From: a virus
Taxonomy: Duplodnaviria > Caudoviricetes
Strand: one strand, 5' to 3'
IMG/VR virus record: IMGVR_UViG_3300048890_000088
Span: 1 to 39,091 of that record
DNA: 39,091 nt
The notes under the pieces were generated by a model, which did not search any database, was not told the origin of the DNA, and saw nothing but the letters and a program-made list of their open reading frames with translations. The position numbers and the translations under genes were made by a program. Below, one piece after another: positions 6,132 through 14,767 of the stretch. The stretch's first letter is position 1, and the number at the start of each line of letters is the position of its first letter.

Positions 6132-7064
6132 ATGGGAGCCGCAGTCATTCCTGAAGCTGAGATGGGCACGAAGGGCGCCGCCGGCGATGTGCCGGCCGGT
6201 GAAGTGGGAACGAGGAGCGCCGCACTGACGCTCGTCCGGCCGATCGCGAAGCCGGCCGCGCTGGTCGAGGCGCACAAGGAAGTCTCCGCGTTGATCACCA
6301 GCGCGCTCGAGAAGGACCGGGATTATGGGACCGTCCCGGGCACCAACAAGCCGACCCTCCTGAAGCCGGGCGCGGAACGTCTCGCCTTGGCCTTCGGCGC
6401 GGTGCCGAAGTATGCGATCATCGAGCAGGAGCGCGAGCACGACCGCGTCGTCCCCTGGACGAAGCAGAAGAAGGTGTGGGCGAACAAGTTCAAGGGCGAT
6501 CGCGAGTTCACTCTGCAGGCGGAATCCGGGGAGAGCCTCGGCCTCTACCGCTACGTGGTCCGCTGCACCCTGATCCAGCGCGAGACCGACATCGTGCTGG
6601 GCGAGGGGATCGCGTCCTGCTCGACCCTCGAGTCGAAGTACATCGATCGGCCGCGCGATTGCGAGAACACCACGCTCAAGATGGCCCAGAAGCGGGCCTT
6701 CGTCGCTGCGGTGCTCAACGCCTTCGCGCTCTCCGATCGCTTCACCCAGGACATGGAGGAGGCCGGGCCCGCCGCCGCGGCAGCCGAGCATGAGGACGGG
6801 AAGCCGAAGACGGCCCTCGAGATCGCGCTCGACATCCCGCTGCCCGGGAAGGAGACCTCCTTCGATGGGTGGGGGCGGAAGCCCCTGGGTTCGGTGCCGT
6901 CGAAGGTGATGAAGCAGGCGAAGGAGTGGCTGGAGAAGAAGCTCGCGAGCGGGCCCGCCGACGCGTATACCGACGCGAACAAGATGGCGGTGGACGGCAT
7001 GCGGTTGATCCTCGAGGCGCGAAGCACCGGCGAACTCGATGAGCCGCCGACCAAGGAGGGCTGA
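6132..7064 (+). CDS. single-strand annealing/recombination protein (putative)
   Basis: KPTLLKPGAERL and NTTLKMAQKRAFVAAVL motifs of phage SSAP-like proteins; next to Gp157. Confidence 0.65.
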   Translation: MGAAVIPEAEMGTKGAAGDVPAGEVGTRSAALTLVRPIAKPAALVEAHKEVSALITSALEKDRDYGTVPGTNKPTLLKPGAERLALAFGAVPKYAIIEQEREHDRVVPWTKQKKVWANKFKGDREFTLQAESGESLGLYRYVVRCTLIQRETDIVLGEGIASCSTLESKYIDRPRDCENTTLKMAQKRAFVAAVLNAFALSDRFTQDMEEAGPAAAAAEHEDGKPKTALEIALDIPLPGKETSFDGWGRKPLGSVPSKVMKQAKEWLEKKLASGPADAYTDANKMAVDGMRLILEARSTGELDEPPTKEG

Positions 7065-7067
7065 GCG

Positions 7068-7604
7068 ATGTCCGGTCTCAAGCTCTATGAGGCGACCGAA
7101 GCCCTCCTGATCGTCGACCAGTGGCTCGACGAGCACGCGGACGAGATCATCGCGAGCGGTGGGGAGCTGCCGCCCGAGCTGGCCGCGCTGATCGACCAGG
7201 CGACGGCCCAGCTCGAGGGGAAGGTCGAGAAGGTGGCGCTCAAGGTCCGCGAGCTGCTCGCGACCGCCGGCGCGATCGCACTCGAGGCGAAGCGCCTCAG
7301 CCAGCGGGCGAAGGCCTGCGAGAATGGAGCCGAAGCGCTTAAGGCCTACCTCAAGGCGCAGCTCGAGCGCGCCGGCCAGACCAAGGTCGAGGGGAAGCTC
7401 GCCACCGTCGCGATCCAGAAGAACGGCCAGCCGAGCATCACCGTCACGAAGCCGATCGAGGATCTGCCGAAGGCCTGGCGGTACCAGCCGCCGGCACCGG
7501 CACCGATACTCAATCGGGACGCTGTCCTCACCGCGCTCAAGTTGGGGGAGGAGATCCCGGAGGGGATCGAGGTCGTCACCGGGACGCACCTGAGGATCCG
7601 CTGA
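7068..7604 (+). CDS. siphovirus Gp157-family protein
   Basis: LYE...coiled coil...EAKRLSQRAK...LKAYL...KN..PS...IPEGIEVVTGTHLRIR. Confidence 0.85.
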   Translation: MSGLKLYEATEALLIVDQWLDEHADEIIASGGELPPELAALIDQATAQLEGKVEKVALKVRELLATAGAIALEAKRLSQRAKACENGAEALKAYLKAQLERAGQTKVEGKLATVAIQKNGQPSITVTKPIEDLPKAWRYQPPAPAPILNRDAVLTALKLGEEIPEGIEVVTGTHLRIR

Positions 7605-7808
7605 ATGAGCTACGTCTACAAGCAAACCGAGAAGCACGAATTCGGCGGGCTCTGGACAGTCGGATTCTATGATCCGTCGGGGAAGTGGGAACCCGAGAGC
7701 GACCACGATGCCCCGAATAAGGCCGCGCAGCGGGTGGCCTACCTCAATGGTCGCAACCCTTCCCTCGACGAGGCGCTGAATAGCGGCGATGGGAGCTACC
7801 GGCCATGA
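7605..7808 (+). CDS. hypothetical protein
   Basis: Abuts Gp157; LWTVGFYDPSGKWEPESDH...VAYLNG. Confidence 0.7.
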   Translation: MSYVYKQTEKHEFGGLWTVGFYDPSGKWEPESDHDAPNKAAQRVAYLNGRNPSLDEALNSGDGSYRP

Positions 7809-8068
7809 TGGACCGCCAGCGCGCCTATCTCCCCTGCCCCGGCAACAACTGCGGGGATCCGATCGAGGTCACCCTCGAGCGCGAGGCGCCCGCCGCTGCG
7901 CCCCTGGTCGTCGTGGCCGAGGTGCGTTGTCGCAGCTGCGGCGCGCATGTAGGGCTCGGTCACGGCTGGCCGGCGGCGGAGCGGCAGGCCGCCTGGGACG
8001 AATCCCAGGCGCACGAGGCGATGGACGGGGCGGTCGCCATCGCCGGCGAAATCGACGAGGAATGCTGA
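7805..8068 (+). CDS. zinc-ribbon protein
   Basis: CPGNNC...CRSC; ATGA overlap. Confidence 0.6.
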   Translation: MMDRQRAYLPCPGNNCGDPIEVTLEREAPAAAPLVVVAEVRCRSCGAHVGLGHGWPAAERQAAWDESQAHEAMDGAVAIAGEIDEEC

Positions 8069-8418
8069 TGCACCGCGTCGGCACGGAGGACCTCGCGCTC
8101 TGGTTCCCCCCGGTGGAGAAGGCCCTCCCCCTCCCCGCCGCGCCGGCCGAGACCAGTCAGGCGGCGGCGAAGGCCTTCGGGTCGAAGGCCGGCACCGCGC
8201 GAGCCATCGTCTATCGCGCCATCCTCGAGCATCGGGGTCTGGCCTGCTTCCAGATCGAAGCGATCACCGACCTCGACGGCAACACGGTGCGGCCGCGGCT
8301 CCGCGAGCTCGAGCAGCTCGCGATGATCCACAAGAGCCCGACGCGGACCGCGCTCACCGCGGCGGGACTCGCGGCGGCGGTCTATGAGGTCGGTCCGCCC
8401 CCTTCGCCGTGCCCGTAA
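8068..8418 (+). CDS. winged-HTH protein
   Basis: TSQAAA...GLACFQIEAITDLDGNTVRPRLREL. Confidence 0.65.
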   Translation: MHRVGTEDLALWFPPVEKALPLPAAPAETSQAAAKAFGSKAGTARAIVYRAILEHRGLACFQIEAITDLDGNTVRPRLRELEQLAMIHKSPTRTALTAAGLAAAVYEVGPPPSPCP

Positions 8419-8513
8419 ATATCCGATAGCTGGTCAAACATCCGATAACTTGTTACTGTGGTGGCCCCGAGCCCGTGGCGGTTCGGAGGCCTCCCAACTC
8501 CCCAGGTGATCTA

Positions 8514-8732
8514 GTGCGCGAGTCGCACCCGCAGATCCAGCGCATCATCCGCATGAAGGCGACCGCCGGTCCCGGGTCGCCCACCTACCTCCTCAACGGG
8601 TTCGCGATCGCCGCCTGGCTCCGCCGCGCGGCCGAGACCGCCCTCGAGTCGAAGACCGACCACATCCTCATCACGCCGGGCCTGGCACGCCGGATCGCCG
8701 ACCATCTCGACCAGGCCGAGGGGAAGGCGTGA
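8514..8732 (+). CDS. hypothetical protein
   Basis: SD AGGTGA before the GTG; stop overlaps the next start. Confidence 0.5.
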   Translation: MRESHPQIQRIIRMKATAGPGSPTYLLNGFAIAAWLRRAAETALESKTDHILITPGLARRIADHLDQAEGKA

Positions 8733-9259
8733 GGATCCGGTCGGTCGTGCCCGCCTTCTGGTCGAGCCTCACGCTGGCGAAGGTGCCGCGGGATCTGCGG
8801 CTCTTCTTCATCGGCCTCTGGAGTTGCGCGGATGACCACGGCCGCGGGCTGGCGGATCCGCGCTGGCTCAAGGGGCAGCTCTTCTCCTTCGACGACGATG
8901 TGACGCCGGCGACGCTACAGGACTGGCTCACGCGCCTCGCGGATCCCGACGTGGGCGTGATCGTGCTCTACCAGGGACCGAAGGGCCAGCCGCTCTATGC
9001 GATCCCCTCCTGGGCGGAACATCAGCACCCCCAGAAGAAGAAGGACTCGAAGCTCCCGTCGCCTCCGGACGGTAGCGGTCTGTCCGCGTCCTCCCCCCAA
9101 GGCGATACCGGTACGGTACGCGTACCGGAGGCGTCCAGCGACCGCCCGCCGCGGGCGCGCGAACGGTCCGGTCAGGAGGGGAGGGGAAAGGAGAGGAGTG
9201 GAGAGGGAGGGAATTCCCCTTCTAGGGGGAATTCCCTCCCTCGGGGGAAGGCGCCATGA
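8729..9259 (+). CDS. phage replication initiator-like protein (N-terminal wHTH)
   Basis: RIRSVVPAFW...RLFFIGLWSCADDHGR...WAEHQ; upstream of DnaB. Confidence 0.75.
   Translation: MRIRSVVPAFWSSLTLAKVPRDLRLFFIGLWSCADDHGRGLADPRWLKGQLFSFDDDVTPATLQDWLTRLADPDVGVIVLYQGPKGQPLYAIPSWAEHQHPQKKKDSKLPSPPDGSGLSASSPQGDTGTVRVPEASSDRPPRARERSGQEGRGKERSGEGGNSPSRGNSLPRGKAP
9203..9242. repeat. perfect 17-bp inverted repeat; candidate replication-origin element
   Basis: GAGGGAGGGAATTCCCC-TTCTAG-GGGGAATTCCCTCCCTC. Confidence 0.85.
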
Positions 9260-10644
9260 CGACCAACCCGCTCATCAACCCCGAAGCCGAGCAGGCGGTC
9301 CTCGGCTCGCTGATGCTCGACGCCACGCCGGCGCAGATCCACGAGGTGCGCGAGCTCCTGCCGATCCCCGAATGCTTCGGGGCTCCGGAACGCCGGCACG
9401 CCTTCACCGCCATCACGGGCCTCCTCGAGCGCGGGATCGCGGCCGACCCGCTCACGGTCCGTGACGAGCTCCAGCGGCTGGGCCTGCCGTTCGACGTGGA
9501 CCAGATCGCACAGTTCGCCGACATGGCACCAACCGCGGCGAACCTGGTCTTTCACGCGAAGATCGTCCGCGAGCGCTGGCTGCGCCGCACCCTCGCGAGC
9601 CAGGGGGAGAAGGCGAAGCTGCGCGCCCATGCGCTCGATGTCGAGATCAACGACGCCTTCGCGGAGACGGTGACGGAGCTGGTCCAGGCGGCCGCGCCGG
9701 CGCTGGTGTCGGCGCCGCGGCCGGCGAAGGCGTTCCTGTGGGAGGCGATGGAGCGGATCGAGGAGCGCGAGCGGAAGGGGGAGACCCTCGAGGGCCTCAC
9801 CTCGGGGCTCCGGGATCTCGATCGCCACCTCGGCGGCTGGATGCCCGGGCGCCTGGTGATCGGCGCCGCGCGGCCCGGCGTCGGCAAGACCTCCTTCGCG
9901 ATCCACGCGGCGGTCGCGGCCGCGGCGAAGGGGAAGCCGGTCTACTTCAACTCGCTCGAGATGAGCGAGCCCGAGCTCGTCGAGCGGATGATCGCAGCCG
10001 AGGCGGGTGTCTCGCTGCGCCGGCTCGGCGTGAAGAAGCTGAGCGACCAGGACTACACCGAGCTCGCCCGCGCGGCCGGCTTCCTCGCCACGCTCCCGAT
10101 CACCCTCGACACCACGGCCGAGACGCCGGGGCAGCTGCGGCTCGCGCTGCAGCACTTCCTGAGTCTCCACCCCGAGGGGATCGGCCTCGTCGTCGTCGAC
10201 TACCTCGGGCTGATGCGCTGGCCGTCGAAGGTCGACAACCGGAACGACGAGGTCGGGAAGCTCACGCGCGCCCTCAAGCGCGACGTGGCCCGCGCCCTCA
10301 ACGTGCCGGTCCTCTGTCTGGCGCAGCTCTCGCGGAAGAGCGTCGAGACGGGGAAGCCGCGGCCGCCCCAGCTCGCCGACCTCCGCGACTCCGGGAACAT
10401 CGAGCAGGACGCCGACCAGGTCGTGATGCTGCACTACGCCGGCCACGAGTCGGGTCTCGGCTCGACGGAGGAGTGGGGCTCGTCGCGGCGGACCGAGGTC
10501 TACATCCGCAAGAACCGCCACGGCCCCGGCGGGCAATTCGACGCGTACTACGACCGGCCGACCGGCCAGTGGAACGACTTCGTCGCCGAGCCGGTGTACG
10601 ACGACGCCCCGGTCGACCAGGGGGAGCGGGAGTTCAGCCGATGA
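9256..10644 (+). CDS. dnaB: replicative DNA helicase
   Basis: EAEQAVLGSL, AARPGVGKT, SLEMS, VVDYL, AQLSR, DLRDSGNIEQDAD, KNRHG. Confidence 0.97.
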   Translation: MTTNPLINPEAEQAVLGSLMLDATPAQIHEVRELLPIPECFGAPERRHAFTAITGLLERGIAADPLTVRDELQRLGLPFDVDQIAQFADMAPTAANLVFHAKIVRERWLRRTLASQGEKAKLRAHALDVEINDAFAETVTELVQAAAPALVSAPRPAKAFLWEAMERIEERERKGETLEGLTSGLRDLDRHLGGWMPGRLVIGAARPGVGKTSFAIHAAVAAAAKGKPVYFNSLEMSEPELVERMIAAEAGVSLRRLGVKKLSDQDYTELARAAGFLATLPITLDTTAETPGQLRLALQHFLSLHPEGIGLVVVDYLGLMRWPSKVDNRNDEVGKLTRALKRDVARALNVPVLCLAQLSRKSVETGKPRPPQLADLRDSGNIEQDADQVVMLHYAGHESGLGSTEEWGSSRRTEVYIRKNRHGPGGQFDAYYDRPTGQWNDFVAEPVYDDAPVDQGEREFSR

Positions 10645-10823
10645 CCACCGACCCCCGGTTTGTCCGCGAATGCGGCCGCAAGAAGAAGTACCCGACCGAA
10701 GCGATCGCGGAGAAGGTCCGGCAGGACTGTGAGGTCCTCCGCGGCGTCGCGCTCCGCATCTACCAGTGCTCCTGGTGCCAGCTCTGGCACCTCTCGTCCT
10801 CTCCCCGCGCCCAGGACTCCTGA
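10641..10823 (+). CDS. small Cys/His zinc-binding phage protein
   Basis: C..KKKY...IYQCSWCQLWHLSS. Confidence 0.7.
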   Translation: MTTDPRFVRECGRKKKYPTEAIAEKVRQDCEVLRGVALRIYQCSWCQLWHLSSSPRAQDS

Positions 10824-11257
10824 TGGCTGTCACCCTGACCCCCGAGCAACGCGCCTACGGTCTCCGGTCGGTCCGCCTCTTCGCGAAGCTGGCCGCGGAT
10901 GCGAAGAAGAAGCTCGCGATCCTCGGCCTCGAGTTCCCGAAACTCGACGGGATCGAGCAGCACACGCACGACCTCGAGGTGAAGCTCGACCCGATGCACA
11001 CCGACGTGTGCACCCTGGCCGATGATCTCACCGGCGAGACCCGGCTCCTGGCTGACTGCTGCAGCGTGTTGCTGGCGGCGCTGGGCAAGGTCGAGGAGAA
11101 GCAGCTCGAGCTCGGCGTCGCGATCCCGGCCGACACGCGGCGGGTCGAGAACCAGCTCCGCGACATGATCGACATGCTGCGCGGCCAGCGCAGCCTCCCC
11201 TTCCCTGCCCCCGCCGCGGAGCCCGCCCGTCGCGGCCGCGCCACCTCCCGCACCTGA
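10823..11257 (+). CDS. hypothetical protein
   Basis: TGATG overlap; helical composition. Confidence 0.65.
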   Translation: MAVTLTPEQRAYGLRSVRLFAKLAADAKKKLAILGLEFPKLDGIEQHTHDLEVKLDPMHTDVCTLADDLTGETRLLADCCSVLLAALGKVEEKQLELGVAIPADTRRVENQLRDMIDMLRGQRSLPFPAPAAEPARRGRATSRT

Positions 11258-11267
11258 GGATCGACCT

Positions 11268-12851
11268 ATGACCGCCACCATGTTGCCCAGCTTCGCCACG
11301 ATCGCGCTGGGATTGCTCGAGCCCCACCCCGACAACCGGAAGCACTTCGACAAGGCGAAACTCGAGGAGCTGACGAAGAGCATCCGCGCCTCGGGGGTCT
11401 TCACGCCGCTCCTGGTCCGCGAGCTGCCAGAGGAGCGGTATCAGATCATCGCCGGCGCCCGCCGCTGGAAGGCGGCGCGGGAGGCGGGACTCAAGGAGCT
11501 GCCCTGCATCGTCCGCGAACTCAGCGACGACGAGGCCCTCGAGCTGCTCCTGACCGAGAACCTGCAGCGCGAGGATCCGCACCCCCTCGAGGAGGCGGCC
11601 ACGTTCCAGGTATGGCTCGATCGGACCGGCCACGATGTGAATGGGCTCGCGGCGAAGATCGGGAAGTCGACGGGGTACATCTACCAGCGGCTCCAGCTGC
11701 AGAAGCTCTCGGAGGCGGGGAAGAAGATGCTCTGGGCCGAGGAGCTCCCGCTCACCTTGGCGCTGCTGCTCTCGCGGGAACCGGAAGAGACGCAGAAGAA
11801 GCATCTCGGCGACATGAAGCGGAATATGCAGTGGCGCGGCCTGCCGACGACCGCTGATCTCGCGCACGACCTGCAGCGCGATCACAAGGATCTCGCGAAG
11901 GCGCCTTTCTCGACCAACGCCGCTGACCTGGTGACCGAGGCGGGCTCCTGCGTCGCTTGTCCCAAGCGGACCGGGTTCACCCCCGAGCTGTTCCCGGAGA
12001 TCGCGAAGAAGGCCGACCACTGCACCGATGGCACCTGCTTCGCGAAGAAGTTGCAGGCCCACCTCAAGCTCGAGGAGACCCGGCTGCGGAAGGAGCATCC
12101 GGATCTGGTCCTGGTGAGTCAGGGATACAACCACCAGCCGCCGAAGGTGGGACAGCCGATCACCCAACCCCACTGGCGGACGGTGAAGAAGACCGAGAAG
12201 GGCGCGAAGCTCGCCCTCCACGTCGACGGCGAGCATATCGGCACCACCGGCTGGGTTGAGGTCGGGAAGGCGAAGGCCCACAGCAGCAGCCGCGCACCGG
12301 CGCGGCCCAGCGCGCCGAAGGTCGACGCGGCGAAGAATCGCCTCAAGCTGCGCCGGGAGATCGGGCGTCGCGGGGCGGTGCTGAAGGCGGTGCTCGACGC
12401 GGTCGGCAAGGGGATCGATCGTCACCTCCTGCTCCCGATCCTCGCGCTCGAGCTGGACATGGGCGATTTCGACCGGGACCATTTCGCTGCGGTGACCGGC
12501 CTCAAGGTGCGGCCTGGCTTCCGGCCCACGGCGTCCACGCTCGACAAACTCACCGAGCGTCAGCTCAACCAGATCATGGTGCTCCTCGATGTGCAGTTCG
12601 AGCCATCGAGTGCCGCCGGCACCCCCGCGCACCTCCTGGCGCTCGCGAAGACCGTGAAGGTGAACGCGAAGGCCGTGGGTGATCGCTTCGAGGTCGCCGC
12701 CAAGAAGGGACTCAAGGGGGTCTGCTCGAAGTGCCTCTGCACCACTTCGGACCCGTGCGACAAGGGCGGGAAGAAGTGCGCCTGGACGAACAAGGACGAG
12801 ACGCTCTGCTCGCACTGCGCCGACGCTCCGAAGAAGGCGGCGAAGAAGTGA
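11268..12851 (+). CDS. ParB/RepB/Spo0J-family protein with long Cys-containing C-terminus
   Basis: LEELTKSIRASGVFTPLLVR, IIAGARRWKAA, ENLQREDPHPLEEA, HTH, C..CPKR..C....CF. Confidence 0.9.
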   Translation: MTATMLPSFATIALGLLEPHPDNRKHFDKAKLEELTKSIRASGVFTPLLVRELPEERYQIIAGARRWKAAREAGLKELPCIVRELSDDEALELLLTENLQREDPHPLEEAATFQVWLDRTGHDVNGLAAKIGKSTGYIYQRLQLQKLSEAGKKMLWAEELPLTLALLLSREPEETQKKHLGDMKRNMQWRGLPTTADLAHDLQRDHKDLAKAPFSTNAADLVTEAGSCVACPKRTGFTPELFPEIAKKADHCTDGTCFAKKLQAHLKLEETRLRKEHPDLVLVSQGYNHQPPKVGQPITQPHWRTVKKTEKGAKLALHVDGEHIGTTGWVEVGKAKAHSSSRAPARPSAPKVDAAKNRLKLRREIGRRGAVLKAVLDAVGKGIDRHLLLPILALELDMGDFDRDHFAAVTGLKVRPGFRPTASTLDKLTERQLNQIMVLLDVQFEPSSAAGTPAHLLALAKTVKVNAKAVGDRFEVAAKKGLKGVCSKCLCTTSDPCDKGGKKCAWTNKDETLCSHCADAPKKAAKK

Positions 12852-13045
12852 CCGCCGTCGCCGTCAACCCCGAGCGGGCGCGGGCGCCGCTCGCACGGGA
12901 GCTCTGCCGGATCGCGCGCGCCGCGATCCAGTCCGCCCGCGAGCTGCGGGACCTAGGGGAGTCGACCCAGGCCTCGCGGTGCGTCCAGGAGGCTCGGCGC
13001 ATGGTGCGCTTGGCCCGTTTCCACGATCGCCAGGAGCCCCGCTGA
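12848..13045 (+). CDS. hypothetical protein
   Basis: Overlapping start and stop at both ends. Confidence 0.5.
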   Translation: MTAVAVNPERARAPLARELCRIARAAIQSARELRDLGESTQASRCVQEARRMVRLARFHDRQEPR

Positions 13046-13519
13046 TGCGTCACATCACGAAGACCCATGCCGTCGAGGCCTTCCGCCTCCCACCGAAGCA
13101 CACCCTCGCGCTGACCGTCGACGGGAAGAAGACGCTCGGCGCCTCCGGCGACTGGCTCACGGTGACCGCCACGCATCCTCCGGCGTTCGCGCTCGTGAGC
13201 GACAAGGAGTTCGCCGACCGCTTCGAGCCGGCCGTTGTCGCCGTGGAGCTCGGTGCGCCGACGAAGCGCCGCGGCCCCGCGCCAGGGAAGACACGGGGGG
13301 GGGGGCAGGCCCCGGAAAGCGATCGCGCCGCCGCCCACCGTCCGCTCGCGCGTCGGCAGCAGCGTCCGCGCGCTCCCGAGTGAGGCGCTTCGCGAGGACT
13401 GCCGGAAGCTCTTCGAGGAGGACGGCATGAAGCTCAGTGAGATCGCGACCAAGAAGGGCGTGAAATACGCGACGCTCTACAACTGGCGCACCAACGGCGA
13501 CTGGGAGCCGAAGGCATGA
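13045..13519 (+). pseudogene. HTH DNA-binding gene split by a G11 tract (phase-variable or frameshifted)
   Basis: The frame from 13045 joins the GRPRK...LSEIATKKGVKYATLYNW HTH frame if 13295-13305 is G10. Confidence 0.65.
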
Positions 13520-13770
13520 ACCACCTCCGCACGATCCGGGCGGCGAGCGAGGACCTCGCCGCCGCCGAGAAGGGCCTCCGCGAGGGGAGCGGGAAGCTCG
13601 AGCTGAGCCCCGACTCCGCCCTGCCGGACCTGGTGAAGGCCCGGAACGCCGCCCTGCGCGCCGCCTCGGCGCTCGACCTCCTCGCGCGGACCGCCCTGGA
13701 CGGGATCCGCCCGGCCTCCGCGGCCGAGCTCAGCCGGATGGCGATCCTTGGCGCGCACGCAGGGAACTGA
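13516..13770 (+). CDS. hypothetical protein
   Basis: Overlapping start and stop at both ends. Confidence 0.55.
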   Translation: MNHLRTIRAASEDLAAAEKGLREGSGKLELSPDSALPDLVKARNAALRAASALDLLARTALDGIRPASAAELSRMAILGAHAGN

Positions 13771-14600
13771 TGGCTGAGAAGACTGCGATCTCCTGGGCTG
13801 ACGCTACTTGGAACCCTTGGGTGGGTTGTGAGAAGGTGAGCCCTGGGTGCGCCCACTGCTACATGTTCCGCGAGCAGGAGCGGTACAAGCAGGACCCGAC
13901 GAAGGTCCGGCGGACGGCGCCGGCAACGTTCGGTTCCCCGCTGCGGTGGAAGGCGCCACGGCTGATCTTCACCTGCAGCTGGTCGGACTTCTTCCATATC
14001 GACGCCGACAATTGGCGCGCAGAGGCGTGGGACATCATCCGGCGGACGCCCCACCACACCTACCAGGTCCTCACCAAGCGCCCGGAGCGGATCCTCGAGC
14101 ACCTTCCTGCGGACTGGGGTGAGGGCTACCCCAACGTGTGGCTCGGCACCAGTGTCGAAAACCAGCGGTGGGTGACCAGGGTCCCCCTACTGCTGGCGGT
14201 GCCGGCGCGTGTGCACTGGATCAGCGCCGAGCCGCTCCTCGGCCCGCTCTCGCTCGCCGAGTGGATGACACCGCCGATGCGCGTGAGCTACGGCAACCCC
14301 GACGTGCCGCCTTCGCAGCGCGAGAAGCCCGGTGCGGAGATCCTGGCGGCACTACAGCAGGTCGGCCGCGCCGCGCTCAAGCAGGTGGGCCACCATCTGA
14401 TCGATTGGGTCGTGGTCGGTGGCGAGAGTGGGCCAGAGCACCGGCCGATGAAGCTGGAATGGGCACGGCAGGTGCGTGACGACTGTGTCCGCACCGGCAC
14501 CGCCTTCCACTTCAAGCAGGTCGGCGGTGTGAAGCCGACGGATGGTGGCCGACTTCTCGACGGCCGTGAGTGGAACGACTTTCCGCCGGCGTCTGAATGA
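13770..14600 (+). CDS. DUF5131 / phage Gp37-Gp68 family (radical-SAM-like)
   Basis: TAISWADATWNPWVGCEKVSPGCAHCY, SDFFH, LTKRPER, SAEPLLG, WVVVGGESG, FKQ.GG. Confidence 0.93.
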   Translation: MAEKTAISWADATWNPWVGCEKVSPGCAHCYMFREQERYKQDPTKVRRTAPATFGSPLRWKAPRLIFTCSWSDFFHIDADNWRAEAWDIIRRTPHHTYQVLTKRPERILEHLPADWGEGYPNVWLGTSVENQRWVTRVPLLLAVPARVHWISAEPLLGPLSLAEWMTPPMRVSYGNPDVPPSQREKPGAEILAALQQVGRAALKQVGHHLIDWVVVGGESGPEHRPMKLEWARQVRDDCVRTGTAFHFKQVGGVKPTDGGRLLDGREWNDFPPASE

Positions 14601-14767
14601 AGTCGCCGCGGCGCGGCTCTCGCACCCCCTTCCCCGCCGTCACCACAACGCCGGGGACGGAGGTGCTGGACCTGCGTGGCTGGTCGGCGCTGCTCGTCGA
14701 TTGTATCCTTCGGCTCGAAGGCTCCCCCGTCGTGCGCGAGACCGCCCCGCGCGAGGAGACTGCGTGA
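14597..14767 (+). CDS. 56-aa ORF coupled to the recombinase (not in the ORF track)
   Basis: ATGA overlap with DUF5131 and GTGA overlap with the recombinase; MKSPRRGSR...LDLRGWSALLVDCILRLEG. Confidence 0.55.
   Translation: MKSPRRGSRTPFPAVTTTPGTEVLDLRGWSALLVDCILRLEGSPVVRETAPREETA

Noticed and set aside
14542-14763. N-terminal extension of the recombinase given in the ORF track
   Set aside because: A GTG at 14764 with SD GAGGAG sits just before the catalytic motif; the upstream region is better explained by a 56-aa ORF in another frame.
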